Source: Octopus sinensis (lineage: Eukaryota). Taken from it: DNA of 64,000 nucleotides. The translations under genes and the position numbers were made by a program. Position 1 is the first letter of the stretch. The number at the start of each line of letters is the position of its first letter. Below are positions 25,242 to 38,900 of this stretch, one piece after another. The stretch lies in assembly GCF_006345805.1 (NCBI RefSeq), contig NC_043023.1, forward strand, positions 8,556,001 through 8,620,000. The letters are read 5' to 3'. The notes beneath the pieces are model-generated. The model was not told the DNA's origin. It ran no database searches and saw only the letters and a list, made by a program, of their open reading frames with translations.

Positions 25242-26582
25242 TCACAATGATATGGTATTTTCCCCATTATGAACGCGTTTATGTCTACACAATTGACTAC
25301 TGAAAGAGAATAATTTACCACAGATATGACAATGATATGGTTTTTCCCCTGTATGAATGCGTTTATGATCAGACAAGTGGCCACTACGAGAGAATGATTT
25401 ACCACAGATATCACAATGATATGGCCTCTCTCCTGTATGATTACGCTTGTGTTTAGTCAAGTCACTGTTTACAATGAATGATTTACCACAGTTTTCACAA
25501 TGATATGGCTTCTCTCCTGTATGAATACGTTTGTGAACAATCAAATGGCTATTTTCAGCAAATGATTTGCCACAGATATCACACTGATATGGCTTTTCCC
25601 CAGTATGAATACGTTTATGTTTAGTCAATTCACTATTACCAGAAAATAATTTACCACAGTCATCACAATGATAGGGTTTCTCTCCTGTATGAACACGCTT
25701 GTGTCGAGTCAAATCACTTTTTGCAGTGAATGATTTACCACAGATATCACAATGATATGGCTTCTCTCCTGTATGAATACGCTTGTGAATAATTAAATTG
25801 CTATTTTCAGCAAATGATTTGCCACAGATATCACACTGATATGGCTTTTCCCCAGTATGAATACGTTTATGATCAGCCAAGTGGCCACTACGAGAGAATG
25901 ATTTACCACAGATATCACAATGATATGGCTTCTCTCCAGTGTGAACACGTTTATGGACAGTCAAGTCACCATTACGAGAAAATGATTTACCACAGATATC
26001 ACAATGATATGGCTTCTCTCCTGTATGAACACCCTTGTGTTTAGTTAAAGTGCCATTTTCAGAGAATGTTTTACCACAGATATCACAATGATATGGCTTC
26101 TCTCCTGTGTGAACACGTTTATGGACAGTCAAGTCACCATTACAATAAAATGATTTACCACAGATATCACAATGATATGGCTTCTCTCCTGTATGAACAC
26201 CCTTGTGTTTAGTTAAAGTGCCATTTTCAGAGAATGATTTACCACAGATATCACAATGATATGGTTTCTCTCCAGTGTGAACGCGCCGGTGTTTAGTTAA
26301 GCCATTACTTTGAGAGAATGTTTTACCACAGATATCACAATGATATGGCTTTTCTCCTGTATGAATACGTCTATGTCGAGTTAAAGTGCTATTTAGAGAA
26401 AATGATTCACCACATATATTACAATGATATGGCTTCTCTCCTGTATGAATACGTTTATGTCGAGTTAAAGTGCTATTTTCAGAGAATGATTTACCACAGA
26501 TATCACAATGATATGGTTTCTCTCTTGTATCAGGGTTTTTAGGTTCAGTTAAATTATTCATTATGACAGGATAATTTGTCAT
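25242..26582 (-). CDS. C2H2 zinc-finger protein ZF2, 15 tandem fingers, short leader, no recognisable effector domain
   Basis: Open ORF from ATG 26582 with 15 C-x2-C-x12-H-x3-H units and TGEKPY linkers. It ends through a +1 frameshift in the last linker (NGENTISL*). Confidence 0.93.
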   Translation of the reverse strand: MTNYPVIMNNLTEPKNPDTREKPYHCDICGKSFSENSTLTRHKRIHTGEKPYHCNICGESFSLNSTLTRHRRIHTGEKPYHCDICGKTFSQSNGLTKHRRVHTGEKPYHCDICGKSFSENGTLTKHKGVHTGEKPYHCDICGKSFYCNGDLTVHKRVHTGEKPYHCDICGKTFSENGTLTKHKGVHTGEKPYHCDICGKSFSRNGDLTVHKRVHTGEKPYHCDICGKSFSRSGHLADHKRIHTGEKPYQCDICGKSFAENSNLIIHKRIHTGEKPYHCDICGKSFTAKSDLTRHKRVHTGEKPYHCDDCGKLFSGNSELTKHKRIHTGEKPYQCDICGKSFAENSHLIVHKRIHTGEKPYHCENCGKSFIVNSDLTKHKRNHTGERPYHCDICGKSFSRSGHLSDHKRIHTGEKPYHCHICGKLFSFSSQLCRHKRVHNGENTISL

Positions 26583-26940
26583 ATATATCACAATAATATT
26601 GCTTTTTTCTTTTCTATGAATATGTTTGTGTCCATTTGCATCACTTTTTTTTAGAGAATAATTTAATATTAATCTTTCTTTCTTCTGTGATCTTAATTAA
26701 TACCTAAATCAACCGGTGAAAACTGTCAACTCGTTATCCTAACTTGTAAAGCAATCACCTCCTCTACATTCCAGACAAGAAAAATATTTTGCTGTTGTTT
26801 GTCATAGATTATATTTATATAGAAACGTTGATGTATAGATGAATGCTCCTTATAAATATATCATCTTCCTTTAGTTGATAAAAATATCAAAGGCACATCT
26901 GAACGAAGTAATTTCTTTCATGTCAACATGATGTGATATT

Positions 26941-27124
26941 CTGAAATATAAAAAGAAACAGTAAGATAAAGAGGATAGTTAAGTGACATAGTAATTCAAC
27001 ATTGTAAATATTACAACATGAACACTGTCAGCCATTTAATGTCAATGTTTACAGGGGTCAGAGTTCATTGAGGCATTGAAACATTGGTATACCCACACAA
27101 GTTTACTACACACTTCACTTTTAC
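26941..27124 (-). other. Conserved 184-bp 5'-UTR intron of the ZF genes (paralogues 36290-36473, 45601-45784; 21271-21724 with a SINE inside)
   Basis: Minus-strand donor ctgaaag|gtaaaa (gtatga in ZF1) and polypyrimidine...tttcag| acceptor at equivalent positions in all four genes. Length is 184 bp in three copies and about the same in ZF1 once the SINE is removed. Confidence 0.75.
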
Positions 27125-28860
27125 CTTTCAGAAAAATGTTTGATTTAAGACTTCATGTTGCCCAACCGGAATTCCCTTTTCTGGACCAGCTCACTAGCTA
27201 TCCAGCAGTGAAGGTCCCTGTCTTCATGTTGTCTGCGATGAGCCCATGGTCAGTGCCCTCTACATCATTAGGATCTTTTCGCTTTGACCTCAGATTTTTA
27301 AAATAATTTCTATGTAACTAAAAAATTTTAAATATCGTATACTGGTAGAATGTGTTTATAAAACATCTTTTTCTGTTGGCTTTATTGAGAAAATTCTGTT
27401 GTTTAATTTCTAGCATTTCGGCAATTTCAACCAATGAAAGACATCTATTGAGGTGAAAACGATTTCTGCCGTAAAGTTTACTGGCGGCATCATATTAAAA
27501 TGTCCCTGTTTTTTATGAGAAAAAAGATACCCTGTGGCTATAACCTGAGGGGTCACTCGTAATCAGAGCTGGATAACAAAATCGTTTCCTATTTAGTGTC
27601 CACCCATAATTATGATCCTAGTATCGATCTATTGCATTTCAATCTGTTTTAGGGTTGGGGGAAGGGTATCTTTTTTTCTTCAGAAATGTAAATAAACCCA
27701 ATCTGTTTCTTAAACGAATATATAATATGTAACAGGGACATTTTCATATAACGCCGCCAGGAAATGCTACGGCAGAAATCGTTTTCACCTCAATAGACGT
27801 CATTAATTGGTTGAAATTGCAAGAAATTAAACAAATATGTTACAAACTACAGAATTTTCTGAAGAAAGCCAAGAGAAAAACATGTTTTTTAAGCACATTC
27901 TGCTAGTATACGAAGTTTAAAATGTTTTAGTTACATAGAAATCATTTTTAAAATCTGCCGGTCAAAGTGAAAAGATCGCATCATTACTCTCAAAGTTCAA
28001 ATCACATCAAGGTCCCCTTTCATCATTTCCAGGTAGAAAAAATAAGAAGCAATCAAGTACTAGGGTCCATGTAATTCACTTATGCCCTCCCGCCAATTTT
28101 CAGGTCAAAAGCACAAAAGGTTATTGTTTTAATTATCAAAAGATTACTATTATCATCATCATCATTATTATTTTCTTCACACGGAATGGAATGAAATACA
28201 AAGCCAACCTCGGCGGAAAGTCCTGAGTTCAAACGGATGAGATCGACTTTGTCTTTCATCTCTTTCGGGAAAAACCGGGACCCATGCAATCGACTTATCG
28301 CTCGTATTAAAGATTGCTGACCCTGGGCCAGTTTTGAAATCATCATTATCATTACTATTATTAATATAACATTAGAGTAATCTTTATCAACTTACCGTTT
28401 TATCAATGCCTCATAAACAAAGGATAACATACATTAATGTGGAATTCTTCAATCGGACTCCTCACATTTTACTAATTAATTACGCTGTTTTATTCTCACT
28501 TTACCAATTAATTTCAGTTCTATCACATGTATCAGTCGGTCATAGTATTTTATAAGCATCAAATCAACATTTCAGTTTCAAAGTCATTAATTAAGACGAA
28601 GAAATATATTTTCCTAATTATTGTCAGGTTCCCGCTTCGAAAAATAATTACTGTAACATCGAGTGGTTCACTGTGTTGTAGAAGTTACTTCCCTTCGTAT
28701 GATTGTATTTCTTTAATTTTCCTAGAGATGGCTCTGCTAACTTGTTGGTTCCGCTCCAGTGATTTTCTTTGTCCCATTCTGTCAATAAATTACCTTCGAG
28801 TGTTTCCAAATTTACACCAGATTATTTTAATAAAGTCTACTCCTTTTCAGCACATAAATT

Positions 28861-30317
28861 GGATCTCTTCCTTTTGAACGGCAGACAATTTACAGTTAAC
28901 TAAACACTTTAAAACTTCGTATATTGGTAGAATGTGTCAAAATAATACATTTTTTTCTCTTGGCGTTCTTGAGAAAATTGTAATTTGTTGGTTTAACGTA
29001 GTTTAATTTTTCGAATTTTAATCAATCGATTGCTTCTATTTAGCTAAAATCATTTGCTGCGTCTAAAACTGAGACATCCTGTCACTGATCCTAACCCTAA
29101 CACTAAATGGATCTTTTCCTTTTGATCTGCACTTTTCAACACAATTTCTAGTTAATTAAATACTTTTAAACTTCGTATACTGGTAGAATGCGTAAAAATA
29201 AAACACTTTTTTCTCTTGGCTTTCTTGGGAAAATTGTAATTTGTTTGTTTAACGTAGTTTAATTTTTTGAATTTTAACCAATCCTATACCCTCTATTGAG
29301 CTAAAATCATTTGCTGCGTCTAAAACTGAAACAACATCCGGTAACTAACCCTAAACCTCCCCCCTAACCCTCAATTTTCTCTTTCTTAATTGTTAAATTA
29401 ATTTAATTGTTACGAGTGTAAAAAAAACTAAAGCAATGGAATTAAATTAATTTAACAAGTAAGAGAAAAAATTTAGGGTTAGGGATAGGGGGGAGGTTTA
29501 AGGTTAGTGACAGGATGTTGTCTCAGTTTTAGTCGCAGCAAATGATTTTAGTTGAATGGAGGTAATCGATTGGTTAAAATTGCTGAAATGCCGTTCAAAA
29601 GGAAAAGATCCCACATACGTCACAGAAACCGGTTCCACGAGCCTGGCTAGGCTTGAAAAGGGCGACAAGAAGAGGAGGTATAGCTGAAGTGAGAAGCAGA
29701 GCAAATGAGGAGGGGAATCTTTTCCTTTTGAATGCCAGATGTCAACACAATTTCTAGTTAACAAAACACTTTTAAACTTCGTATACTGGTAGAATGTGTT
29801 TATAAAACAACATTTTCTCTTGGTTTTATTGAGAAAATTCTATAGTTTGTAAGATATTTCGTCTGAAAATCCGAGCAATTCGGCAATTTTAACCAATCGA
29901 TTACCTCCATTGAGCTAAAATCATTTGCTGCGTCTAAAACTGAGACAACATCCTGTCACTAACCCTCAACCCAACCTTAACCCTAATTTTTTTTTCTTAA
30001 TTGTTACGCGTGTAAAAAAAAACTAAAGCAATGGTCGTTTTTTTACACGCGTAACAATTAAGAAAAACAAAATTTAGGGTTAGGATTAGTGACAGGATGT
30101 TGTCTCAGTTTCAGAGGCAGCAAATGATTTTAGCTGAATTAGAGGTGATTTATTGGTTAAAATTCGAAAAATTAAACTACGTTAAACTTACAAATTACAA
30201 TTTTCTCAAGAAAGCCAAGAGAAAAAGATGTTTTATTTTGACACATTCTACCAGTATATGAAGTTTTAAAGTGTTTAGTTAACTAGCAATTGTCTGCCGT
30301 TCAAAAGGAAAAGATCC
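28861..30317. mobile_element. Cluster of fold-back MITEs, subfamily B (TIR GGATCTTTTCCTTTTGAACGGCAG)
   Basis: Arms at 28861-29100, 29109-29611 and 29715-30317. The last is flanked by the 8-bp TSD gaggaggg and is an internal palindrome. Confidence 0.75.
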
Positions 30318-31616
30318 GAGGAGGGACAGTGAGGTCACGAGAGAGAGAGTGGGAAGTGAAAAGAAGGTGGTGTTTGTTTTGTGTTTTTAAATTGTGTGGT
30401 AAGTAAGCTTGTTTATGAACCACATGGTTATGGGTTCAGTCCCACTGCGCGGCACCTTGAGCACGTGTATTCTACTATGGCCTCGGGCCGACCAAAGCCT
30501 TGTGAGTGGATTTGGTAGAGCGAAACTGAAAGAAGCCCCTCTTGACTGGATTCGGTGCCGATGGCACATAAGAACCACCATCTGAATCGTGGCCGATGCC
30601 AGCACTGCCTTGACTGGCTTCTGTGCTGGTGGAATGTAAAATGCTCCAAATTCGATCATGGCCGTTGCCAGCCTTGCCTGGCACCTGTGCAGGTGGCACA
30701 TAAAAAGTACCCACTACACTCATGGAGTGATTGGCGTTAGGAAGGGCATCCAGCTGTAGAAACACTGCCAACCGCCCAACCCATGCTAGCATAGAGAGCG
30801 GACGTTAAACGATGATGATGATATGTATGTATGTGTGTGTATATGTTTATGTCTGTGTTTGTCCCCCCCCCCCGCCAACATTACTTGACAACCGATGCTG
30901 GTGTGTTTACGTCCCCGCTGTAACTTAGCGGTTCGGCAAAACAGACCAATAGAATAAGTACTAAGCTTACAAAGAATAAGTCCTGGGGTCAATTTGCTCG
31001 ACTATAAAGGCAGTGCTCCAGCATGGTCACAGTCAAACAAATAAAAGAGTCTATTTTCAGAGTATACACATACATAACTACAGCAAATATTGGATGTTAC
31101 TTTTACTTTCCTACAATATAATTAATTACCATCCTCAGCCAATATTGGATATTAGTTTTACTTTTCCACACTGTAATTAGATGTTACTTTTAAAGATGCT
31201 TCCATTTTTTTGAATTTCGTAGAATTTCCCAGGGTCTGCTTATACATAATTAGGCATAACTACAGATGTATAGCCACCACTCTCCCTCAACTTCAGTAAT
31301 TATAATCTATGCCGTTTGAAAGGTAATTGCATGAAATTTCATTAAAAAATGCACATTTTCCTGAAAGTTTCAAAGGAGAAAATGTTGGATCGTGTGTATT
31401 TTCCCAAACTCCTTTCCCCAACCCCTTGGAAAAACTTTTCCAACAAATCTTTCTATACATTCAATCAACAGGATCTAAGTGATTATTTGTTGAAACTTTT
31501 GTCAAAAAACATCCATTTTTCCAGAATTTATGAGGCAACAAATTCAGTGGTGTATACACCAATATATATATTTACGAAGTCTAGACAAATATCTTCAGCT
31601 AGCAGGCCTCTGCTAC

Positions 31617-31662
31617 TCTAGACTGATGATGGGCAAGACCCAGAAACATGCATGTCTCTAGA
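31617..31662 (+). ncRNA. Type I hammerhead ribozyme, second copy with an identical core
   Basis: Same 46-nt sequence as 17680-17725. Predicted cleavage after C31656. Lies within the duplicated block. Confidence 0.85.
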
Positions 31663-34143
31663 TGCAGGCCTAGCTGTTGAGGGAGTTTGTCTCCCCTTCG
31701 TAAATATATAAGGACACAGGAAATGTATCAAGGCAGACAGGCAGTGTCGATGCTTCCTAGGGCTAAACAGCGGTGGTGTAATTCCCTTACAGGACTGTCA
31801 CATTAGGTTGACAGTATACGACTCTATCTCTCCACCACCGTACATATCTCTATGAGATATTTAGAAGTTTAATATTTCTGATTATGGGATAATTGTTTGA
31901 TAGTTATTAAATGAAGTCTCTTTTAATAGATGCCTACATTTTTTATATTTTCTGTGAAGTTTTCATGGATCCAGCTATTAGAAATTGTTATCATGCAAAG
32001 AAATTCATCACAAAAATCATGTAAAAAAACAGAAAATCACCAAAAACAAGAGCAGTAATGATGGACCTATTCGGTTTGAACGGCAGTTGTTAAAAATATT
32101 TTCCACGTAACTAAACACTTTTAAACTTCGTATACTTGTAGAATGTGTTTATAAAACATCTTTTTCTCTTGGCTTTCTTGAGAAAATTCTGTAGTTTGTA
32201 AAATATTTGTTGGTTTTTTTCTTCATTTTCTGCAAGTTCAACCAATCAATGATGTCTATTAAGGTGAAAACATTCTGTGCTGTATGAATATGTCCCTCGT
32301 TTAAGAAACAAATTGAGTTTATTTACATTTCTGAAGAAAAAAGATACCCTTCTGCGCTAACCCTAACACTAAAACAGATTGAAATGCAATACTTTTTAAA
32401 CACTTTTAAACTTCGTATACTGATAGAATGTGTTTATAAAACATCTTTTTCTCTTGGCTTTCTTGAGAAAATTCTATAGTTTGTAAGATATTTGTTGGTT
32501 TTTTTCTTCAATTTCAACCAATCAATGACGTCTATTAAGGTGAAAACATTCAGTGCTGTATGAATATGTCCCTCGTTTAAGAAACAAATTGAGTTTATTT
32601 ACATTTCTGAAGAAAAAAGATACCCTTCTGCGCTAACCCTAACACTAAAACAGATTGAAATGCAATAGATCGATACTAGGGTCATAATTATGGGTGACAA
32701 TTTCAAATGACACTGCTAGAAAAAACTGCCGATCAAACCGAAAAGATCTGAATGTTAACTTGGGAATCCAAAATTTCAGGCTTACAAGTCCAGATTCGCC
32801 TCTGAAAATTCTTAATTTACCCACAGATTGAGCCTGATTCCAAAATGGTATATGTTGAGCTACGGCCTCTTGGAGTAAAGTTGAAAAAGTGTGAATCACT
32901 GATATTCGCATTTATAGTATTAGATATGCACACATACATACACACACACATGAATTGACGTGTGTGTGTGTGTATATATCATCATCATCATTTAACGTCC
33001 GTTTTCCATGCTAGCATGGGTTGGATGGTTCGACCAGGATCTGGGAAGCCAGAAGGCTGCACCAGGCTCCAGTCTGATCTGGCAGAGTTTCTACAGTTGT
33101 ATATATTCCACATATGTATATATTCCACATATGTATATATTTTTTTTTTACATACATAACTTAAATGACTGACACCTAACTTTTAGTGGTCAGTCCTTTA
33201 AATTTTGTATGAAAAAAATATCTTAATCTTCGGATTTATTTAATATGCTAGGCCACTGGTTTTAATTGATTAATATCAATTTCTACCCTTATTAAATTTC
33301 ATATATATATATATATATATGCTGTGTGGCAGGTAAAAAGCACCATTTGAGCATGATCGTCACCAGCATTGCCTTACTGGCACGTGAAAAAGTATTCGAG
33401 AGAGGTCATTGCCAGTGCTGCTGGACTGGTTCCTGAGCAGGTGGCAGGTAAAAAACACCATTTCAGCATGGCCGTTGCCAGTACAGCCTGACAAGTCTTC
33501 ATGCCAGTGACATGTATAAGGACCCACTACACTCTTGGAGTGGTTGGCATTAGCAAGGGCATCAAGCTGTCCAAACTCTGCCAGATCAGAAAGGAGCCTG
33601 GTGCAGCCATTTGGTTCACCAGTCCTCAGTCAAATCGTCCAACCCATGCTAGCTTGGAAGGCGGATGTTAAATGATGATGATGATGATATAAAGCACACA
33701 GCATAAACTGTAAACTGGTTAATATTAGGAGAATACATCCAAAGCAACCAAACACATCAGACTGGAACCTAGTGCAGCATTAGGGCTTGCCAGCTCATGT
33801 CAAACTGTCCCACCCATGACAGCATATAAAGAAAAGCTATCGCTGAAGGATGATGATGATGAAAATGACGACAATGATGAAAGTTATAGACAAAACCAAT
33901 TTCAGTTTAATTTCAGTTTTTATTCATTATTCCGTTTCTTTATTCTCTCATAAATTCCTCAAAACTCCAGCATGACCATCTTCAGAAATCAAAGTCTTTG
34001 CTGAATTTGATGTTGACATTGAGAAATTGAAGTCGATACCGAAACCATGAAATTTGAAGAGATAAAAAAATCCCTGTCTCTTTGCAGAAAAACTAGAAGT
34101 AATTTTAGGTATGTTGTAACAAATTTTAAAACTTATATAGTCA

Positions 34144-34266
<123 letters not shown>

Positions 34267-34592
34267 TCAAAGGCTTTGTTGTGTTGATATATTTCCATAT
34301 ATACACGGCATTCAGGTTCATATTCATGAGTTTGAAGTTGATAACATCAAATTTGAAGAGATAAAAAAAAACGCCTTTTAGCAGAGCAAAATAGAAGTTA
34401 TCGTTGTGTTGTAATAAATTTCAATACTGGTACAATTACAGTTGTGTGTGAATACTCACGTGTACTGAAGTGGCCATTTTGAAAGAATTATTCATCACAG
34501 ATATCACAGTGATGTGGTTTTTTCCCCTCAGTATGTATATGTTTATGATTAGTCAAGTGAGTATTATAAGAGAATGATTAACCTCAGATATC

Positions 34593-35930
34593 TCAAGGAT
34601 ATAATTTCTCTCCTGTATGAACGCGCTTGTGTTTAGTCAAGTGGCTACTACAAGAGAATGATTTAACACAGATGTCACAATGATATTGCTTCTCGTTTGT
34701 ATGAGTATATTTGTGACTAGTTAAAGTGCTATTTTTAGAAAATGATTTACCACAGATATTACAATGATATGGCTTCTCTCCTGTATGAATGCGTTTATGT
34801 TTAGACAGGTGGCTGTTTTGAGAAAATGATTCACCACAGATATCACAATGATATGGTTTCTCTCCTGTATGAACACGCTTGTGCTTATTCAAGTGACCAC
34901 TTTCAATGAATGATTTGCCACAGATCTTACAATGAAATGGCTTCTCTCCTGTATGAATGCGTTTGTGTTTAGTTAAACTGCCATTTTCAGAGAACGATTT
35001 ACCACAGATATCACAATGGTGATGTTTCTCTCCTGTATGAATGTGTTTATGATCAGACAAGTGGCCACTACGAGAGAATGATTTACCACAGATATCACAA
35101 TGATATGGCTTCTCTCCTGTATGAACGCGCTGGTGTCGAGTCAAATCACTTTTTGCAGTGAATGATTTACCACAGATATCACAATGATATGGCTTCTCTC
35201 CTGTATGAACACGTTTATGGACAGTCACCTCACCATTACAATAAAATGATTTACCACAGATATCACAATGATATGGCTTCTCTCCTGTATGAATGCGTTT
35301 GTGTTTAGTTAAACTGCCATTTTCGGAGAATGCTTTACCACAGATATCACAATGATATGGTTTTTCCCCTGTATGAATGCGTTTATGATCAGACAAGTGG
35401 CTACTACGAGAGAATGATTTACCACAGATATCACAATGATATGGTTTCTCTCCAGTGTGAACGCGCCTGTGTTTAGTTAAGCCATTACTTTGAGAGAATG
35501 TTTTACCACAGATATCACAATGATATGGCTTTTCTCCTGTATGAAGACGTTTATGTACAGTCAAGTTACCACTTCCAATGAATGATTTACCACAGATATC
35601 ACAATGATATGGTTTCTCTCCTGTGTGAACGCGCCGGTGATTAGTTAAGTGATAACTTTGAGAGAATGTTTTACCACAGATATCACAATGATATGGCTTT
35701 TCTCCTGTATGAACACGATTATGTCGAGTTAAAGTGCTATTTAGAGAAAATGATTCACCACAGATATTACAATGATATGGCTTTTCTCCTGTATGAATAC
35801 ACTTGTGAATAGTCAAGTGATTTCTTCGAGAGAATGATTTTCCACAGACATCACAGAAATATGTTTTCTCTCTTGTATCAGGGTTTTTAGGTTCAGTTAA
35901 ATTATTCATTATGACAGGATAATTTGTCAT
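34593..35930 (-). CDS. C2H2 zinc-finger protein ZF3, 15 tandem fingers
   Basis: Open ORF from ATG 35930 with 15 fingers. Leader [22 protein letters not shown] is identical to ZF2 and ZF4. Confidence 0.93.
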   Translation of the reverse strand: MTNYPVIMNNLTEPKNPDTREKTYFCDVCGKSFSRRNHLTIHKCIHTGEKPYHCNICGESFSLNSTLTRHNRVHTGEKPYHCDICGKTFSQSYHLTNHRRVHTGEKPYHCDICGKSFIGSGNLTVHKRLHTGEKPYHCDICGKTFSQSNGLTKHRRVHTGEKPYHCDICGKSFSRSSHLSDHKRIHTGEKPYHCDICGKAFSENGSLTKHKRIHTGEKPYHCDICGKSFYCNGEVTVHKRVHTGEKPYHCDICGKSFTAKSDLTRHQRVHTGEKPYHCDICGKSFSRSGHLSDHKHIHTGEKHHHCDICGKSFSENGSLTKHKRIHTGEKPFHCKICGKSFIESGHLNKHKRVHTGEKPYHCDICGESFSQNSHLSKHKRIHTGEKPYHCNICGKSFSKNSTLTSHKYTHTNEKQYHCDICVKSFSCSSHLTKHKRVHTGEKLYP

Positions 35931-38900
35931 ATATATCACAATATTGTTTTTTTTTCTTTTCTATGAAATGTTTGTGTTCATTTGCATCACTTTTTAAAAA
36001 ATAATTTAATGTAATCTTTCTTTCTTCTGTGATCTACTTAATACCTAAATCAACAGGCGAAAACTGTCAACTCGTTTGTAAAGTTATCCAAACTTGTAAA
36101 GCAATCACCTCCTCTACATTCCAGACAAGAAAAATATTCTGCTGTTGTTTGTCATAGATTATATTTATATAGAAACGTGATGTATAGATGAATGCTCCTT
36201 ATAAATATATCATCTTCCTTTAGTTGATAAAAATATCAAAGGCACATCTGAACGAAGTAATTTCTTTCATGTCAACATGATGTGATATTCTGAAATATAA
36301 AAAGAAGCAGTAAGATAAAGAGGATAGTTAAGTGACATAGTAATTCAACATTGTAAATATTACAACATGAACACTGTCAGCCATTCAATGTCAATGTTTA
36401 CAGGGGTCAGAGTTCATTGAGGTGTTGAAACATTGGTATACCCACACAAGTTTACTACACACTTCACCTTTACCTTTCAGAAAAATGTTTGATTTAAGAC
36501 TTCATGTTGCCCAACCGGAATTCCCTTTTCTGGACCAGCTCGCTAGCTAGCCAGCAGTGAAGGTCCCTCTCTTCATGTGGTCTACCATGAGCCCATGGTC
36601 AGTTCCCTACACATCATTAGGATCTTTTCGCTTTGACTGGCAGATTTTTAAAATAATTTCTATGTAACTAAAAAATTTTAAACTTCGTATACTGGTAGAA
36701 TGTGTATATAAAACATCTTTTTCTCTTGGCTTTCTTGAGAAAATTCTGTAGTTTGTAACATATTTGTTGTTTGATTTCTTGCATTTCAGCAATTTCAACC
36801 AATCAAAGAAGTCTATTGAGGTGAAAACGATTTCTGCCGTAACATATACTGGCGGCGTCATATGAAAATGTCCCTGATTTTTATGAGAAAAAAGATACCC
36901 TGTGGCTATAAACTGAGGGGTCCTCGTAAACAGAGCTGGATAACAAAACCGTTCCCTTTTTAGTGTCCACCCAAAATTATGACCCTAGTATCGATCTATT
37001 GTTTTTCAATCTGTTTTAGGGTTAGGGTGGGTGGAAGGGTACCTTTTTTTCTTCATAACTGTAAATAAACCCAATCTGTTTCATACGGCACAGAATGTTT
37101 TCACCTCAATAGACGTCATTGATTGGTTGAAATTGAAGAAAAAAAACAAGAAATATCTTACAAACTATAGAATTTTCTCAAGAAAACCAAGAGAAAAAGA
37201 TGCTTTATAAACACACTCTACCAGTATACAAAGTTTAAAAGTTTTTAGTTACGTGGAAATTATTTTTAAAAACTGCCGTTCAAACCGAAAAGATCCCAGA
37301 GTCGATATCGACAGTAAGTCTTGGGTTCAAATACAACCGAGGTTGACTTTGCCGTTCATCTCTTTCAGGAAATTCTGGGGCCCGTGTAATCGACTCCCAC
37401 TCGCCCTAAAAAATTGGTGGCCCTGGGCCGAAATTTGAAACCACCATTACGAATATTAATATAACCTTAAAGCAAATCTTCATCAACTTACCGTTTTATC
37501 AATGCCTCATTAACAACGGGAAAGAATTAATTAATGTGGAATTATTCAATCGGTTTCTTCTCATTTACTAATTATGCAACATTACATTCATTTTACCAAC
37601 TAATTTACTTTATATCACATTAAAGCAAATCTTCATCAACTTACCGTTTTATCAATGCCTCATTAACAACGGGAAAAGAATTAATTATGTGGAATTATTC
37701 AATCGGTTTCTTCTCATTTTACAATTATGCCACATTACATTCATTTTACCAACTAATTACTTTATATCACATGTATCAGTCGGTCATAGTATTTTATAAA
37801 CAACAGATCAACATTTTCAGTTTGGAAATTATTAATTAAGACGAACAAATATATTTTCCTAATTATCGACAGTTCCCGCTTGGAAAAATAATTACTGTAA
37901 CATCGAGAGGGTCACAGAATTCTATTATTTACCTTATTATTAGTAGTATTATCAACAATATTACAGCCTTAAAGTAAATCTGTGTCAACTTACCGTATTC
38001 ACAAATAAACAGCGACTCAGTGAACGGTAATTAACCTCCCTAATTAACTTCCCTAATTAGCTACTTTGGCCTCGTGGTTGATGTGTTGTACAAGTTGTGT
38101 CCCTTGATATGATTGTATTTCCTCAATTCTCCAATAGAGAGCGCTACTGACTCGATCGTTGGATACGTTCCGGTGTTTTTTTAACTTTGTCCCCTTTCTG
38201 TCAATAACTCCATCTTCAAGTTTTTTTTAAATTCTCACCAGATTAATTAACAAAGTATATTTGTATATTCTAGGATCTTTTCGGTTTGACCGGCAGTTTT
38301 CTAATTAATTTCCACGTAACTAAACACTTTTAAACTTCGTATACTGGGAGAATGTGTTTATAAAACATCTTTTTCTCTTGGCTTTATTGAGAAAATTCTA
38401 TAGTTTGTAAGATATTTGTTGTTTTTTTCTTCATTTCAACCAATCAATGACGTCTACTAAGTGAAAACATTCTGTGCCGTATGAATATGTCCCTCGTTTA
38501 AGAAACAGATTGGGTTTATTTACATTTCGGAGAAAAGATACCCTTCCCCCCACCCTAACCCTAAAAGAGATTGAAATGCAATAGATCAATACTAGGGTCA
38601 TAATTTGGGTGACAATTTCATTTCATATGACACCGCTAGAAAAAACTGCCGGTCAAACGGAAAAGATCGGAAGTCCCTTCTCTGCACCAAGCAACTCACT
38701 AAGTAGCCTGCTGTGAGGTTCTGTCTATAGTCCTTCTGTTATAAATTTATGGCCAGTGCCCTACACAAGCATTCAGGGTCTTCACCCACACCTCGTCTTC
38801 GAACTGTACAGACACCATGCTGAGATGTCTCCCTTTTCACTAGAATATGGCTCTTTTCGAGGCAGTCTCTTCGGTTTGCCCTACCCTAGACGGTATGTTG

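Noticed and set aside
25814-26542. Plus-strand ORFs MICHRYH.../MFYHRYH... (also at 20443 and 44149)
   Set aside because: They are antisense shadows of the finger repeats.
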